Below are positions 50,074-59,835 of a stretch of 64,000 nucleotides of DNA, one piece after another; the stretch's first letter is position 1, and each line of letters opens with the position of its first letter. Origin of the DNA: Candidatus Eiseniibacteriota bacterium. Its GTDB lineage: Bacteria; Eisenbacteria; RBG-16-71-46. Location: the NCBI GenBank assembly GCA_041483195.1, contig JBGPFC010000024.1:1-64000 (forward strand), read 5' to 3'. Both the position numbers and the translations under genes were made by a program. A model generated the notes under the pieces. The model ran no database searches. It was not told the DNA's origin and saw only the letters and a list, made by a program, of their open reading frames with translations.

Positions 50074-51717
50074 CTATAGGGCCGTCGCCGCGGAGCGGGC
50101 AAGCCGCCGCCCCCCGGTCGCGATCGGGCGCACGCGGCGCAGCACGATCGGATGCCGGCCTCGAGTCCCGGCCGATCGCGGATGATCGAGGTTGAAGTGG
50201 AGTCCGCGGCTCTCACGACGACGGCGGGCGCTCGCGACGATCAGGCTCCCCACGAGCGCGATGTTGCGCAGCTCGATCAGGTCGGGGGACAGCTCGAGCC
50301 GCGCGTAGTCGGTCTCGATCTCCTCGCCCAGCAGCGCGAGCCGGCGCGCAGCCGCGGCCAGCCGCTGATCGGTGCGCACGATCCCCACCAGATCCCACAT
50401 GACGCGACGCACCGCGTCCCAGTTGTGATCGAACACGCCGGTCTCGAGCGGCGGACGTGCTCCCCGCGCGCGCCAGCTCGCCGCGCGTGGCGCGCGGCTC
50501 ACGCCCTCGAGGCGGAGGCGGACCTCCTCGGCGCCGTGGTGGGCGCTCACCAGCGCCTCGAGCAGCGAGTTGCTCGCGAGGCGGTTCGCGCCGTGCAGCC
50601 CGGTGCACGCGACTTCCCCGAGCGCGAGCAGGCCACGCAGGGCGGTGCGCCCCGAGAGCGTGGCCGCCACGCCGCCGCACATGTAGTGGGCGGCGGGCAC
50701 CACCGGGATCGGCTCGCGCGTCAGATCGAAGCCGAAGCTCTGCAGCGCCGCGCGGATGTTGGGAAATCTCCGGCGGATGTCGGCGGCGCGCCGATGACTG
50801 ATGTCGAGGTACACGTGGGGCTCGCCGCGCCGCTTCATCTCTCGATCGATCGCGCGCGCCACCACGTCGCGCGGTGCCAGCTCCGCCTGTGGATGCACCG
50901 CCGGCATGAAGCGGGTGCCATCGAGGGTGCGCAGCACGGCGCCCTCGCCGCGCAGCGCCTCGCTCAGCAGGAACGCCTTCGCGCGCGGATGGTAGAGACA
51001 GGTGGGATGGAACTGCACGAACTCGAGATTGGAGACCGGGGCGCCGGCGCGGTACGCCATCGCGAGCCCGTCTCCGGTCGCGACGTCCGGATTGCTGGTG
51101 TAGAGGTAGACCTTCCCGGACCCGCCGGTCGCGAGCACGGTGAGTCGCGCCGTGACCGGCCGGATCGCGCCAGAGGCCCGATCCATGACGTACGCGCCCC
51201 AGCAGGTGTCGCGCCCTGTCGCACGCCGCCTCCGCAGGCGCGAATCCAGGATCAGGTCGACCGCGAGCTGATTCTCGACCACCTGGACGCGCGGGTGCCG
51301 GCGCGCCTGCTCGAGCAGCGCCGCTTCGATCGCGCGGCCGGTGAAGTCGCTCGCGTGCACGATCCGGCGGCGCGAGTGGCCGCCCTCGCGACCGAGCGCG
51401 TACCCGCGCGCCGTGCGGTTGAATCCCACCCCGAGCGATTCGAGCTCGCGCACGCGGTCCGGCGCCTCGTGCACGACGCGAGCCACGACCTCGGGATCAC
51501 ACAGTCCGGCGCCGGTGCGCAGGGTATCGCGCGCGTGATCGCGAAACGAATCGTGGGAATCGAAGACCGCCGCGATTCCGCCCTGCGCGTAGTTCGTATT
51601 GGTCTCTTCGGCCCGCTTCTTCGTGAGCACCAGCACCTGGCCGAACCGGGCGGCCTTGAGCGCGAGCATGAGCCCGGCGATCCCGCTTCCCAGCACCAGC
51701 ACATCGGGTTCGATCAC
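50074..51717 (-). CDS. nadB: L-aspartate oxidase
   Basis: GTG 51717 overlaps the lpxK stop. GSGIAG, NTNYAQGGIA, REGGHSRRRIVH, FVQFHPT, SEALRGEG, PAAHYMCGG, GLHGANRLASNSL, ESRGLH. Confidence 0.94.
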   Translation of the reverse strand: MIEPDVLVLGSGIAGLMLALKAARFGQVLVLTKKRAEETNTNYAQGGIAAVFDSHDSFRDHARDTLRTGAGLCDPEVVARVVHEAPDRVRELESLGVGFNRTARGYALGREGGHSRRRIVHASDFTGRAIEAALLEQARRHPRVQVVENQLAVDLILDSRLRRRRATGRDTCWGAYVMDRASGAIRPVTARLTVLATGGSGKVYLYTSNPDVATGDGLAMAYRAGAPVSNLEFVQFHPTCLYHPRAKAFLLSEALRGEGAVLRTLDGTRFMPAVHPQAELAPRDVVARAIDREMKRRGEPHVYLDISHRRAADIRRRFPNIRAALQSFGFDLTREPIPVVPAAHYMCGGVAATLSGRTALRGLLALGEVACTGLHGANRLASNSLLEALVSAHHGAEEVRLRLEGVSRAPRAASWRARGARPPLETGVFDHNWDAVRRVMWDLVGIVRTDQRLAAAARRLALLGEEIETDYARLELSPDLIELRNIALVGSLIVASARRRRESRGLHFNLDHPRSAGTRGRHPIVLRRVRPIATGGRRLARSAATAL

Positions 51718-52700
51718 GCGGGCATCACCCCCTCGAGGATTCGCGCCTCGACCTCGGCGCCTCCGCACACCCACTCCCACACCACATCGAGCCGGGCCAC
51801 GCCATCGGTGTTCGACCCCGCCGGCCAGCGCACCGCGTCCTTCGCAGTCAGCAGCGGCACCGCCCGCTCGCGCGCCGCCCGCTCCCGCTCGCGCGCCAGT
51901 CCGGCCGCGTCCCACCAGTGATGGTCGCGGAAGACCGAGAGGCCAACGACCTCGAGGCCCGCCTCGCGGGCGCTGCGCTCGACCGCCGCCGGATTCCCGG
52001 TCGCGGTCACGATCCACACGCGCTCGCCCTCCGGCACCGAGGTGCCGTCCATCCACCGCGCGCCCGTCACGCGGTGCCGCGCGCCGGCGAGCAACGCGGC
52101 CGGAGCATAGCGCTTCGCGTCCGCGAGGCGAGGATCCGGGTCCTCGCCCGGCGCGAGCCGCGTCACGACCACGATGTCCGCGCGCTGCAACGCGCGCCGC
52201 GGCTCGCGCAGCCGCCCCGCCGGCAGCAGCCGCGCCCCGCCCCACATGTCCTGCGAATCGAGCAACACGACGTCGAGATCGCGCGCGAGATTCCACGTCG
52301 AGAACCCGTCGTCCACCAAGATCAGCGGGTACCCGCGGGCGGCGGCCAGCGCCGCGAGCGAGCGCTTGCGGTCGCCGACGAACACCTCGTTCCCGCCGAA
52401 CGCGCGCTGGTACATGAGACGCTCGTCGCCCGCGCCGGCCGGCCCCGGCCGGTAGTTGCGTGCGACCACCGTGGCGCGAACGCCGCGCGAGCGCGCGAGC
52501 GCCACCAGATGGAGCACGAGCGTGGTCTTGCCGGTGCCGCCCACCGTGAGGTTGCCGATGCTGACGACCCGCGATGCGACAGCGTGCGGCCGCGCCCAGC
52601 CACCCGCATAGGCTCGCCGCTTCGCCTCCCACCCGGCCCCGTACAGCGCGGCGGCCGCCCCCGCCAGCGCGCGCATCAGCGGGGCGGCCACAGATCCCAC
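51714..52700 (-). CDS. lpxK: Tetraacyldisaccharide 4'-kinase
   Basis: SIGNLTVGGTGKT, GDE, DDGF, LLPAGRLREP, FRDHH, TAKDAVR. Confidence 0.88.
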   Translation of the reverse strand: MGSVAAPLMRALAGAAAALYGAGWEAKRRAYAGGWARPHAVASRVVSIGNLTVGGTGKTTLVLHLVALARSRGVRATVVARNYRPGPAGAGDERLMYQRAFGGNEVFVGDRKRSLAALAAARGYPLILVDDGFSTWNLARDLDVVLLDSQDMWGGARLLPAGRLREPRRALQRADIVVVTRLAPGEDPDPRLADAKRYAPAALLAGARHRVTGARWMDGTSVPEGERVWIVTATGNPAAVERSAREAGLEVVGLSVFRDHHWWDAAGLARERERAARERAVPLLTAKDAVRWPAGSNTDGVARLDVVWEWVCGGAEVEARILEGVMPA

Positions 52701-53929
52701 TCCGCGAGACGGGTCACCGCGCGCCGTGCGCCGCCGCGCAACCCATCGACGACCTCCCGCGCGATGCCCGACTGGCGTGCCCGCGCCGCGTCGTCACCGA
52801 GCAACTCCGCCATCGCGCGCAGCAATTCGTCCTCGGTGCTGGCCACCTGAACCCCCCCGCGGCGCTCGAGCGCCAGCACGCCCTCGCGCTGCGCGTGATG
52901 ATGCGAGCCGACGATGACCGCGGCTCCGCACGCCGCCGGCTCGAGCGGGTTGTGCCCGCCGTAAGGCAGGAGGCTCCCTCCCACGAACGCCACCTCGGCC
53001 GCCGCGTAATACGCGTTGAGCACACCGAGCCGGTCGTCCCATCGCCAGGCTCCCTCGAGTGGAGCGCCGGCATCGATCAGACACACGCGCGCGGCCTTCG
53101 CCTCGGCTCGCAGGTCGGCCGAAGCGCGCGGGTGACGGGGCAAAGCGGTCACCTGCCAGCTCGCGCGCAGCGCATCGGGGAGTCGCAGCCACGCGCGCGC
53201 CAGCAATCGAGCCTCGCCCGGCCGCACGCTGCCCAACACCAGCAACGGGCGCCCGGGATCGAGGCCCAGCGCGTCACGCGCCTGCCCCCGGCTCGCCGCC
53301 GGGTGCGGCAGCGCGTCGTTCTTGAGGTTGCCAACGACCTCGGTGCGCTCCCGCCGCGAACCGAGCGCGAGCCAGCGGCGCGCGTCCTCATCACTCTGGC
53401 AGAGCACCGCCGAGAGGCCGCCCACCAGCCCGCGCAATGTCCCGCCCAGCGCACCGTAGCGCCGCACCGAACGCTCGCTGAGCCGCGCGCTCACGATCGC
53501 GACCGGCACCCCGGCCGCGGCGGCCCGCAGCAGCCAGTGGGGCCAGAGCTCGGTCTCGACGATGAACAGCCGCCGCGGGCGGGCCCGCGCGAAGAACCGC
53601 TCGACCGCCTGCGGCGAATCGATCGGGGCCAGCGATACCGGCGCCCCGAGCGCCCCGAGGCGCGCGCGCCCGGAGCGCGTGGTCGCGGTGAGCCGCAAGC
53701 GCGCCCCGGGTTGCAGCGCCAGCAGTTCGCGCGCGAGCGGGCCGACGGCGGTCGCTTCGCCGAGCGACGCGGCATGCACCCACGCGTCGCACGCATCGAG
53801 GGGTTCGACCGCTCCCATGCGCTCGCTCCAGAACCGCCGCTCCGCCGGGGAAGCGAACACCCACGCGGCGGGAGCCACCGCGCCCAGCGCCGGCGCGATC
53901 ATTCGATAGGCGACCCAGGCCGCGTTCAC
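52676..53929 (-). CDS. waaA: Kdo transferase
   Basis: GTG 53929 overlaps the upstream stop. WVHAASLGE, ETELWP, GNLK, FVGGSL, GGHNPLEPA. Confidence 0.92.
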   Translation of the reverse strand: MNAAWVAYRMIAPALGAVAPAAWVFASPAERRFWSERMGAVEPLDACDAWVHAASLGEATAVGPLARELLALQPGARLRLTATTRSGRARLGALGAPVSLAPIDSPQAVERFFARARPRRLFIVETELWPHWLLRAAAAGVPVAIVSARLSERSVRRYGALGGTLRGLVGGLSAVLCQSDEDARRWLALGSRRERTEVVGNLKNDALPHPAASRGQARDALGLDPGRPLLVLGSVRPGEARLLARAWLRLPDALRASWQVTALPRHPRASADLRAEAKAARVCLIDAGAPLEGAWRWDDRLGVLNAYYAAAEVAFVGGSLLPYGGHNPLEPAACGAAVIVGSHHHAQREGVLALERRGGVQVASTEDELLRAMAELLGDDAARARQSGIAREVVDGLRGGARRAVTRLAEWDLWPPR

Positions 53930-54591
53930 GCCGGCTCGCCCGCGAGGCGGCGCACCCGTTCGGTGTGCTCGCGCAACGCGCGCTCGATCCGCCCGCGCCA
54001 CGACTCGAGCGCCTCGGCATCGAGCGCGGGAGGCACCACGATCGGCGCCCCGTACGCGACCCGGACCCGCGCGAACGGGAGCGGCACGCGAAAACGGTCC
54101 CACGAGCGCATGACCCACGCCGCGCGCGCCGCGCTCGCCACCGGCACCACCGGCAGACCGGTGCGGCTCGCGAGATACACGAGCCCGGCCTTGAGCGCCT
54201 CACGCGGGCCGCGCGGGCCGTCGGGCGTGATCGCGAGGGCGCGGCCCGCCTGCGCGAGGCTCAGCATCTCCATGGCCCCCTCCTCGCCTCCGCGCGTGCT
54301 CGATCCGCGGGCGGCCACGTATCCGAGACGCTCGATGATGCGCGTGATGATCTCCCCATCGCGATGACGGCTCACCAGCACCCCGACGCCCCGTCCGCGA
54401 TGCGTGTAGACGAGGGGAAGCAGGCAGGCGTGCCAGAGCGCGAAGATACACCGATCGCCGCGCGCGAAGCCGGGCTCGAGCGCCATCAGACCCTCGCGAT
54501 CGAGACGCCACGAGCCGCCGAGCGCGCGCAGCAGCGCGGCGCCCGCGATCCCGGCGGGCTCCATCCACCATGGAAATCCGCCCGGCTTCAC
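53926..54591 (-). CDS. DUF374 / LpxJ-like lipid A secondary acyltransferase
   Basis: GTG 54591 overlaps the lpxB stop. ALWH, VSRHRDGE, RGSS, TPDGPRGP, SWDRFRVPLPF. Confidence 0.78.
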   Translation of the reverse strand: MKPGGFPWWMEPAGIAGAALLRALGGSWRLDREGLMALEPGFARGDRCIFALWHACLLPLVYTHRGRGVGVLVSRHRDGEIITRIIERLGYVAARGSSTRGGEEGAMEMLSLAQAGRALAITPDGPRGPREALKAGLVYLASRTGLPVVPVASAARAAWVMRSWDRFRVPLPFARVRVAYGAPIVVPPALDAEALESWRGRIERALREHTERVRRLAGEPA

Positions 54592-55724
54592 GAGAGCATT
54601 CCACACAGCAACGAAGCCGCGCGCTCCGAAGCGCCGGGACCGCCCAGCCGATCGCGCACCACCGAGAGCCGCCCTGCGCTCTCCGTCCGCCGCCGCGGAT
54701 CGTCGAGCAGTGGCGCGAGCGCCGCGCTCAGTCGTTCCGGCGTCAGGTCATCCTGGACCAGCTCGGGCGCCACCTCGCGGCCGGCCACGATGTTGGGGAG
54801 ACCGATGTGCCGCAGCTTCACGACGCGCCGGGCGATGGCGTAGTTCAGGCGCCCGACCCGGTAGGCGATCACCAGCGGCGTGCCGAACAACGCGGTCTCG
54901 AGGGTCGCGGTCCCGGAGGCGACGGCGCACGCCGTCGCGTGCGCCTGAATCGCGTGCGTGCGGTCGCGGACGATCCGCACCGAGCCGCGGCGACGCGCGG
55001 GCGCGAAGCACGCGTCGTCGAGGCCGGGGGCGGCGGCCACCACCGCGCACAGATCGGGCCGGTCGCGCGCGAGCCGCGCGGCCGCGGCTCGCATCGGCTC
55101 GAGCACGTGCCGCACCTCCTGCTCGCGGCTCCCGGGCAGCAATCCGAGCACGGGCTGTCCGCTCGCGAGCCCCAGCTCCTCGCGGAAGCGCGCGGCGTCG
55201 ACCTCCGGCTCCAGCGCGTCGAGCAACGGGTGCCCGACGAACGCGACCGGAACTCCCGCCGCCTTGAAGATCTCCTCTTCGAACGGGAAGACGACCGCCA
55301 GCTGATCCACCCAGCGCGCCATCGCGGCCGCGCGCTCCGGGTGCCACGCCCAGACCTGCGGGGCGATGTAGTAGAAGATCCGCACGCCGCGTCGCTTGAG
55401 CTCCGGCCCGATGCGCAGGTTGAAGCCGGGGTAGTCGACCAGCACCGCGGCGTGGGGACGGAATCGTTCGCACTCATCGAGCAGGCGCGCGCGCGCCCTC
55501 AACAACGCCGGGATGCGGCCGATGATCTCGGCGAAGCCCAGCACCGCGAGCCGCTCCATCGCGACGACCGGCACGACCCCCGCCGCGCGCAGCGCGGGCC
55601 CGACCACGCCCCGCACGTCCCACGCACCGCGGGCGCGGAGCGCGCGCGTGAGGCGCGCGGCGTGGGCGTCGCCCGAGGGCTCGCCCGCGACGATCAGGAC
55701 ACGGCGCTGATTCGGGTCGGCCAC
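54588..55724 (-). CDS. lpxB: Lipid A disaccharide synthase
   Basis: AGEPSGD, DYPGFN, YIAPQVWAW, FPFE, VGHP, LPGSR, SGTATLE, LPNI, PELVQ. Start re-called at GTG 55724. Confidence 0.94.
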   Translation of the reverse strand: MADPNQRRVLIVAGEPSGDAHAARLTRALRARGAWDVRGVVGPALRAAGVVPVVAMERLAVLGFAEIIGRIPALLRARARLLDECERFRPHAAVLVDYPGFNLRIGPELKRRGVRIFYYIAPQVWAWHPERAAAMARWVDQLAVVFPFEEEIFKAAGVPVAFVGHPLLDALEPEVDAARFREELGLASGQPVLGLLPGSREQEVRHVLEPMRAAAARLARDRPDLCAVVAAAPGLDDACFAPARRRGSVRIVRDRTHAIQAHATACAVASGTATLETALFGTPLVIAYRVGRLNYAIARRVVKLRHIGLPNIVAGREVAPELVQDDLTPERLSAALAPLLDDPRRRTESAGRLSVVRDRLGGPGASERAASLLCGMLS

Positions 55725-56674
55725 GAGAGTGTGCGGCGTTTCATCTCGGTCCGCACCGCCTCGGCGACCCGCAGTGCCAGGCATCCGGCCTCCGCCGATG
55801 CCGCCCCGGCGCCCTCGCCGCGCAGCGAGCGCAGGAAGGCCCGGAGCTCGAGCGCGAGCGGCTCACCGGTTTCCACCGCGAGCCTCGACTTGGCGATCGC
55901 TTCGTGCGGGGCCTCTGGACGAAACCGCGACACATCCACCCGCAGCAGGTCCGCGGTCTTCTCGAGGAGATCGACCGAGAGGTAGGCGTCCGACTGGAAG
56001 AACCGGATGCGCCGCAGCCGGTCCTGCGAAACGCGGCTGGCGGTGAGGTTGGCCACGCAGCCTCCGGGGAATTCCAACCTCGCGTTGGCGATGTCTTCGT
56101 TTCCCGAGAGCACGGCGACGCCGACCGCCGACACCTGGGAAGGCGCGGCGCCGACCGAGTCGAGCACCGCATCGATGTCGTGGATCATGAGGTCGAATAC
56201 CACGTCGATGTCGAGCGAACGCGGCTGAAACTGCGCGAGCCGGTGCGCCTCAATGAACTTCGGCTCGCGTACGAACGGGCGCGAGGCGAGCAACGCCGGA
56301 TTGAACCGCTCCACGTGTCCGACCTGGAGCTGGACGCCGGCGCGCGTGGCCGCGCCCCGCATCGCTTCGGCATCCGCGACCGTCGGCGCCACCGGCTTCT
56401 CGACCAGCACGTGCCGTCCCGCGGCGACCGCCTGCTCGACCGCTTCGCGGTGCGCGAGCGTGGGGGTCGCGACCGAGACGGCTTCGCACGCGGCCAGCAT
56501 CGCCGCCGCGCTCTCGAACGCCCGCGTCGCGTGGCGGGCGGCGACCTCGGCGGCACGCGCCGGATCGGTGTCGAAGACGCCGACCAGCTCCGCCTCGGGG
56601 AGCGCATGATAGACGCGGGCGTGCTTCTCGCCCCAGGTTCCCACCCCCCACACGCCCACCCGGAACGCAGGCAT
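55694..56674 (-). CDS. Gfo/Idh/MocA oxidoreductase, GnnA-like (UDP-GlcNAc 3-dehydrogenase candidate)
   Basis: GVGTWG Rossmann motif, HVLVEKP, VGHVERFNP, DLMIHDID, DIANARLEF, ASRVS; located between lpxA and lpxB. Confidence 0.8.
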   Translation of the reverse strand: MPAFRVGVWGVGTWGEKHARVYHALPEAELVGVFDTDPARAAEVAARHATRAFESAAAMLAACEAVSVATPTLAHREAVEQAVAAGRHVLVEKPVAPTVADAEAMRGAATRAGVQLQVGHVERFNPALLASRPFVREPKFIEAHRLAQFQPRSLDIDVVFDLMIHDIDAVLDSVGAAPSQVSAVGVAVLSGNEDIANARLEFPGGCVANLTASRVSQDRLRRIRFFQSDAYLSVDLLEKTADLLRVDVSRFRPEAPHEAIAKSRLAVETGEPLALELRAFLRSLRGEGAGAASAEAGCLALRVAEAVRTEMKRRTLSWPTRISAVS

Positions 56675-56680
56675 CGCCGG

Positions 56681-57457
56681 CTACCGCGTGAGCCCGCGGG
56701 CCGAGGTCTCGGCGAAGCGCGCGAGATGTTCCACCTCGGCGATGCCTGACAACGTCTCGCGCATCGCCTTCACGGCGTCCGCCACCGTGAGCTGCCGGCG
56801 AAACAGGATGCGATACGCCTGGTCGAGCGCGTGCCGGGTCTCGGGGGTGAAACCACGCCGCTCGAGCCCCACCGCGTTGATGCCGGCATTGCGGGGCGGG
56901 CTCCCCGCGGTCTTCACGTAGGGCGCAACGTCCTGCGGGATGCGGGAGCCCCCGCCGATGATCGAGTGACACCCGATTCGCACGAACTGGTGCACGACCG
57001 TGCCGCCCCCCACGATCGCCCAGTCTTCGACGGTGACGAAGCCCGCGAACTGCACGGCGTTCGCGATGATGACGTGCGCGCCGAGCTGGCAGTCGTGCGC
57101 GACGTGCGCGTAGGCCATCAGCAGGCAATGGTCCCCGATCCGGGTGGGCTGATCCGGCTGGGTGGCGAGATTCGCCGTCACGTACTCGCGGATCTCGGTG
57201 TGGTCGCCGATCTGAAGCTCGGTGCGCTCGCCGTGATACTTGAGGTCCTGCGGCGGACTGCCCAGCACCGCGCCGTGATGGATGCGGCAGTCGCTGCCGA
57301 TCCGGGTCCAGCCGGTCAGGAGCGCGTGACTCCCCACCGAGGTGCGATCGCCGATCCGCACGTCGGGCCCGATCACGGCCCCGGGTCCGATCGTGACATC
57401 CCTGCCGAGCTGGGCGCGATCGTCCACGAACGCGCCGGGGTGGACGGCGCTGCTCAC
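56681..57457 (-). CDS. lpxA: UDP-N-acetylglucosamine acyltransferase
   Basis: GTG 57457 overlaps the upstream stop. Hexapeptide repeats, PQDLKY, IREYVT, MAYAHVAHDC, HQFVRIG, NAVGLERRGF. Confidence 0.94.
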   Translation of the reverse strand: MSSAVHPGAFVDDRAQLGRDVTIGPGAVIGPDVRIGDRTSVGSHALLTGWTRIGSDCRIHHGAVLGSPPQDLKYHGERTELQIGDHTEIREYVTANLATQPDQPTRIGDHCLLMAYAHVAHDCQLGAHVIIANAVQFAGFVTVEDWAIVGGGTVVHQFVRIGCHSIIGGGSRIPQDVAPYVKTAGSPPRNAGINAVGLERRGFTPETRHALDQAYRILFRRQLTVADAVKAMRETLSGIAEVEHLARFAETSARGLTR

Positions 57458-58776
57458 GCCGGACGCCGATCCACGACCGTGGCGAGCAGCTCGGCTTCCG
57501 CGACCAGCTGGTCGTCGACGTAGGCCTCGCCGCGCATCTTCGAGGTGCCGCTGCGAAGCTTGAGCAGGGTCAGCTTGAATCGAAGCTGGTCGCCGGGCGT
57601 CACCGGGCGGCGAAAGCGCGCCCCATCCACGCCCATGAAGTACATGAGCTTGTTGTTGGGATCCTCGACCGAGTTGAGCAGCAGCAGCCCGCCGACCTGC
57701 GCCATCGCCTCGATGATGAGCACCGCTGGCATGATCGGATGTCCGGGGAAGTGTCCCTGGAAGAACGGCTCGTTGATGGTCACGTTCTTCAGCCCCTCGA
57801 TCGAGTGCCCCTCCTCGATGCGGGTGATCCGATCCACCAGCAGGAACGGATACCGGTGGGGCATGATGTCCATGATCGCGGTGATGTCCCATTCCTCCGG
57901 CGGACCGCCCGCGCGCCGGCCCGGAAGCGGCAGCGTCTCCTTGAGGCACTTGACGAAGGCGACGTGACTCTGGTGCCCGGCCCGCAGCGCGGTGACGTGG
58001 CCGAGCAGCGGGCCCCCGAGCAGGTAGAGGTCGCCGAGCAGGTCGAGCACCTTGTGGCGTGCGAATTCGTCGGGGAAGCGCAGCGGCTCCTGGTTCCTGA
58101 GACCGCGCTCGCCCACCACCACGGCGCTCTCGATGCGCCCGCCCTTGATCCAGCCGGCCTGCCGCAGCACCTCGAGATCGCGCTCCAGCACGAAGGTTCG
58201 CGCCGGCGCGATTTCGCGAAGGAACGTCTCGTCGTCGATGTCGAACGAAACGGTCTGGCGCCCGACCAGCGGATGGTCGTAGTCGATCGTGAAGGTGATG
58301 CGCAGCCCGCGGTACGGCACCGCGCTGATCTCGACCCCGTTCGCGCTCCAGTGCACGGGCTTCGTCACCTTGATGTGGCGCTTGGGACGGTCCTGGGTCT
58401 CGAAGCCGGCGTCGCGCAGCAGCAGGGCGATCGGCAGCGCGCTGCCGTCGGCGGGCTCGGGAATCTCCATCGTGCTGGTCTCGATGACGAGGTTGTCGAT
58501 GCCGAGCCCCGCGACGGCGGCCAGCACGTGCTCCATGGTGTGGATCTGCACCCCGTTCTGCTGGAGGATGGTCCGGCGTCCCGCGCGCGGATCGAAGTGC
58601 GCGTGCTCGGGGCGCACCGTCACCGACGGCTGCCCCGCGAGATCGGTGCGCACGAAGCGCACGCCGGTGCTCGCGGGTGCCGGGCGCATGGTCACCGTGC
58701 CGATCTCGCCGGTGTGGAGCCCCACGCCCTCGAAGCCGGTGGCGCGAGCCAGGGTGCGCTGCATCACGGGGGTCAA
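57454..58776 (-). CDS. lpxC-fabZ: Bifunctional LpxC deacetylase / FabZ dehydratase
   Basis: GVGLHTG, TMEHVLAA, IAPARTF, RHKVLDLLGD (LpxC), then PHRYPFLLVD, EPFFQGHFP, EAMAQ, PGDQL (FabZ). Start TTG 58776 or ATG 58764. Confidence 0.94.
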   Translation of the reverse strand: MTPVMQRTLARATGFEGVGLHTGEIGTVTMRPAPASTGVRFVRTDLAGQPSVTVRPEHAHFDPRAGRRTILQQNGVQIHTMEHVLAAVAGLGIDNLVIETSTMEIPEPADGSALPIALLLRDAGFETQDRPKRHIKVTKPVHWSANGVEISAVPYRGLRITFTIDYDHPLVGRQTVSFDIDDETFLREIAPARTFVLERDLEVLRQAGWIKGGRIESAVVVGERGLRNQEPLRFPDEFARHKVLDLLGDLYLLGGPLLGHVTALRAGHQSHVAFVKCLKETLPLPGRRAGGPPEEWDITAIMDIMPHRYPFLLVDRITRIEEGHSIEGLKNVTINEPFFQGHFPGHPIMPAVLIIEAMAQVGGLLLLNSVEDPNNKLMYFMGVDGARFRRPVTPGDQLRFKLTLLKLRSGTSKMRGEAYVDDQLVAEAELLATVVDRRPA

Positions 58777-59822
58777 CGCACCTCCTCGCGCTCTTCCTGG
58801 CGCTCGAGGCGTCCCACCCGGTCCTCCAGCGCGCGCGTGCGCTGGAACAATTGCGGCAGCTTCTGCACGAACGCGCTGAGCCGCTTCCAGAGGCCATGCG
58901 GCACCGCGGGATAGCCGCTCCAGACTTCGCCCGCCGGGATCGACTTGGTCACTCCGCTCTGCCCGCCGACCATCGCGCGCTCCCCGATGCGGATGTGCCC
59001 CGCGACCCCCGCCTGCCCGCCGAGCGTCACGTAGTCCTCGATCTGGGTGCTGCCCGAGATCCCGACCTGAGCGACGATGATGCAGTGTCGGCCGATCACG
59101 ACGTTGTGCCCGATCTGGACCAGGTTGTCGATCTTGGTTCCGTCGCCGATGCGCGTGCTGTCGGTGGTCGCGCGATCGATCGTGGTGTTGGCGCCGATCT
59201 CGACGTCGTCGCCCACGATCACGTTGCCCACCTGCGGGACCTTGTGGTAGCGCCCGGCGTCGAACGCGAAACCGAACCCGTCGCTCCCGATCACCACCCC
59301 GGGATGCAGGATGGCGCGGGCCCCGATCTCGCACTCCTCGCGCAGCGTGACGGCCGGGTAGAGGAAGCTGTCATCCCCGATGCGCGCGAGCTTGCCAACG
59401 TAGCACCCCGCCATCAGCACGGTGCGCGCGCCGATGTGCGCGCCGCCCTCGATGACGCAGTGGGCTCCGATCGACACGCCTTCGCCGAGCACGGCGTCGA
59501 GCGACACGATCGCGGTCGCGTGAACCCCGGGCTCGGGCAGGTAGGGATCGGGCCGGAACACGCGCACCACGCGCTGAAACGCCAGGTAGGGATTGTCCAC
59601 CTGGAGCAGCGGCACCGGGGCGATCCGTGACTCGCGCGAGCAGATCACGGCCGAGGCTCGCGTCTCGTTGAGGTACGCGTCGTAGCGGGCATTCGCGAGG
59701 AACGTGATGTCGCCGGGCATCGCCTCCCGAATTCCGGCGACGCCGCGGATCACCGTGGCACCGTCGCCCACCACCTCGCCGTTCAGCTCGACCGCCAGTT
59801 CTGCCAGGGTACGCACGATCAT
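58773..59822 (-). CDS. lpxD: UDP-3-O-acylglucosamine N-acyltransferase
   Basis: GSDGFGF, KVPQVG, EIGANTTIDRA, KIDNLVQIGHNV, AQVGISGS. Confidence 0.95.
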   Translation of the reverse strand: MIVRTLAELAVELNGEVVGDGATVIRGVAGIREAMPGDITFLANARYDAYLNETRASAVICSRESRIAPVPLLQVDNPYLAFQRVVRVFRPDPYLPEPGVHATAIVSLDAVLGEGVSIGAHCVIEGGAHIGARTVLMAGCYVGKLARIGDDSFLYPAVTLREECEIGARAILHPGVVIGSDGFGFAFDAGRYHKVPQVGNVIVGDDVEIGANTTIDRATTDSTRIGDGTKIDNLVQIGHNVVIGRHCIIVAQVGISGSTQIEDYVTLGGQAGVAGHIRIGERAMVGGQSGVTKSIPAGEVWSGYPAVPHGLWKRLSAFVQKLPQLFQRTRALEDRVGRLERQEEREEVR

Positions 59823-59835
59823 CGCTGCCGCCTTC

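Noticed and set aside
50074..52632. Apparent long N-terminal extensions or fusions in the ORF track (nadB 852 aa, lpxA 738 aa, gcvPB 743 aa, TolC 695 aa, oppD 697 aa)
   Set aside because: The extensions overlap upstream genes in another frame and are low-complexity. Internal starts overlapping upstream stops or following an SD give normal-sized proteins.
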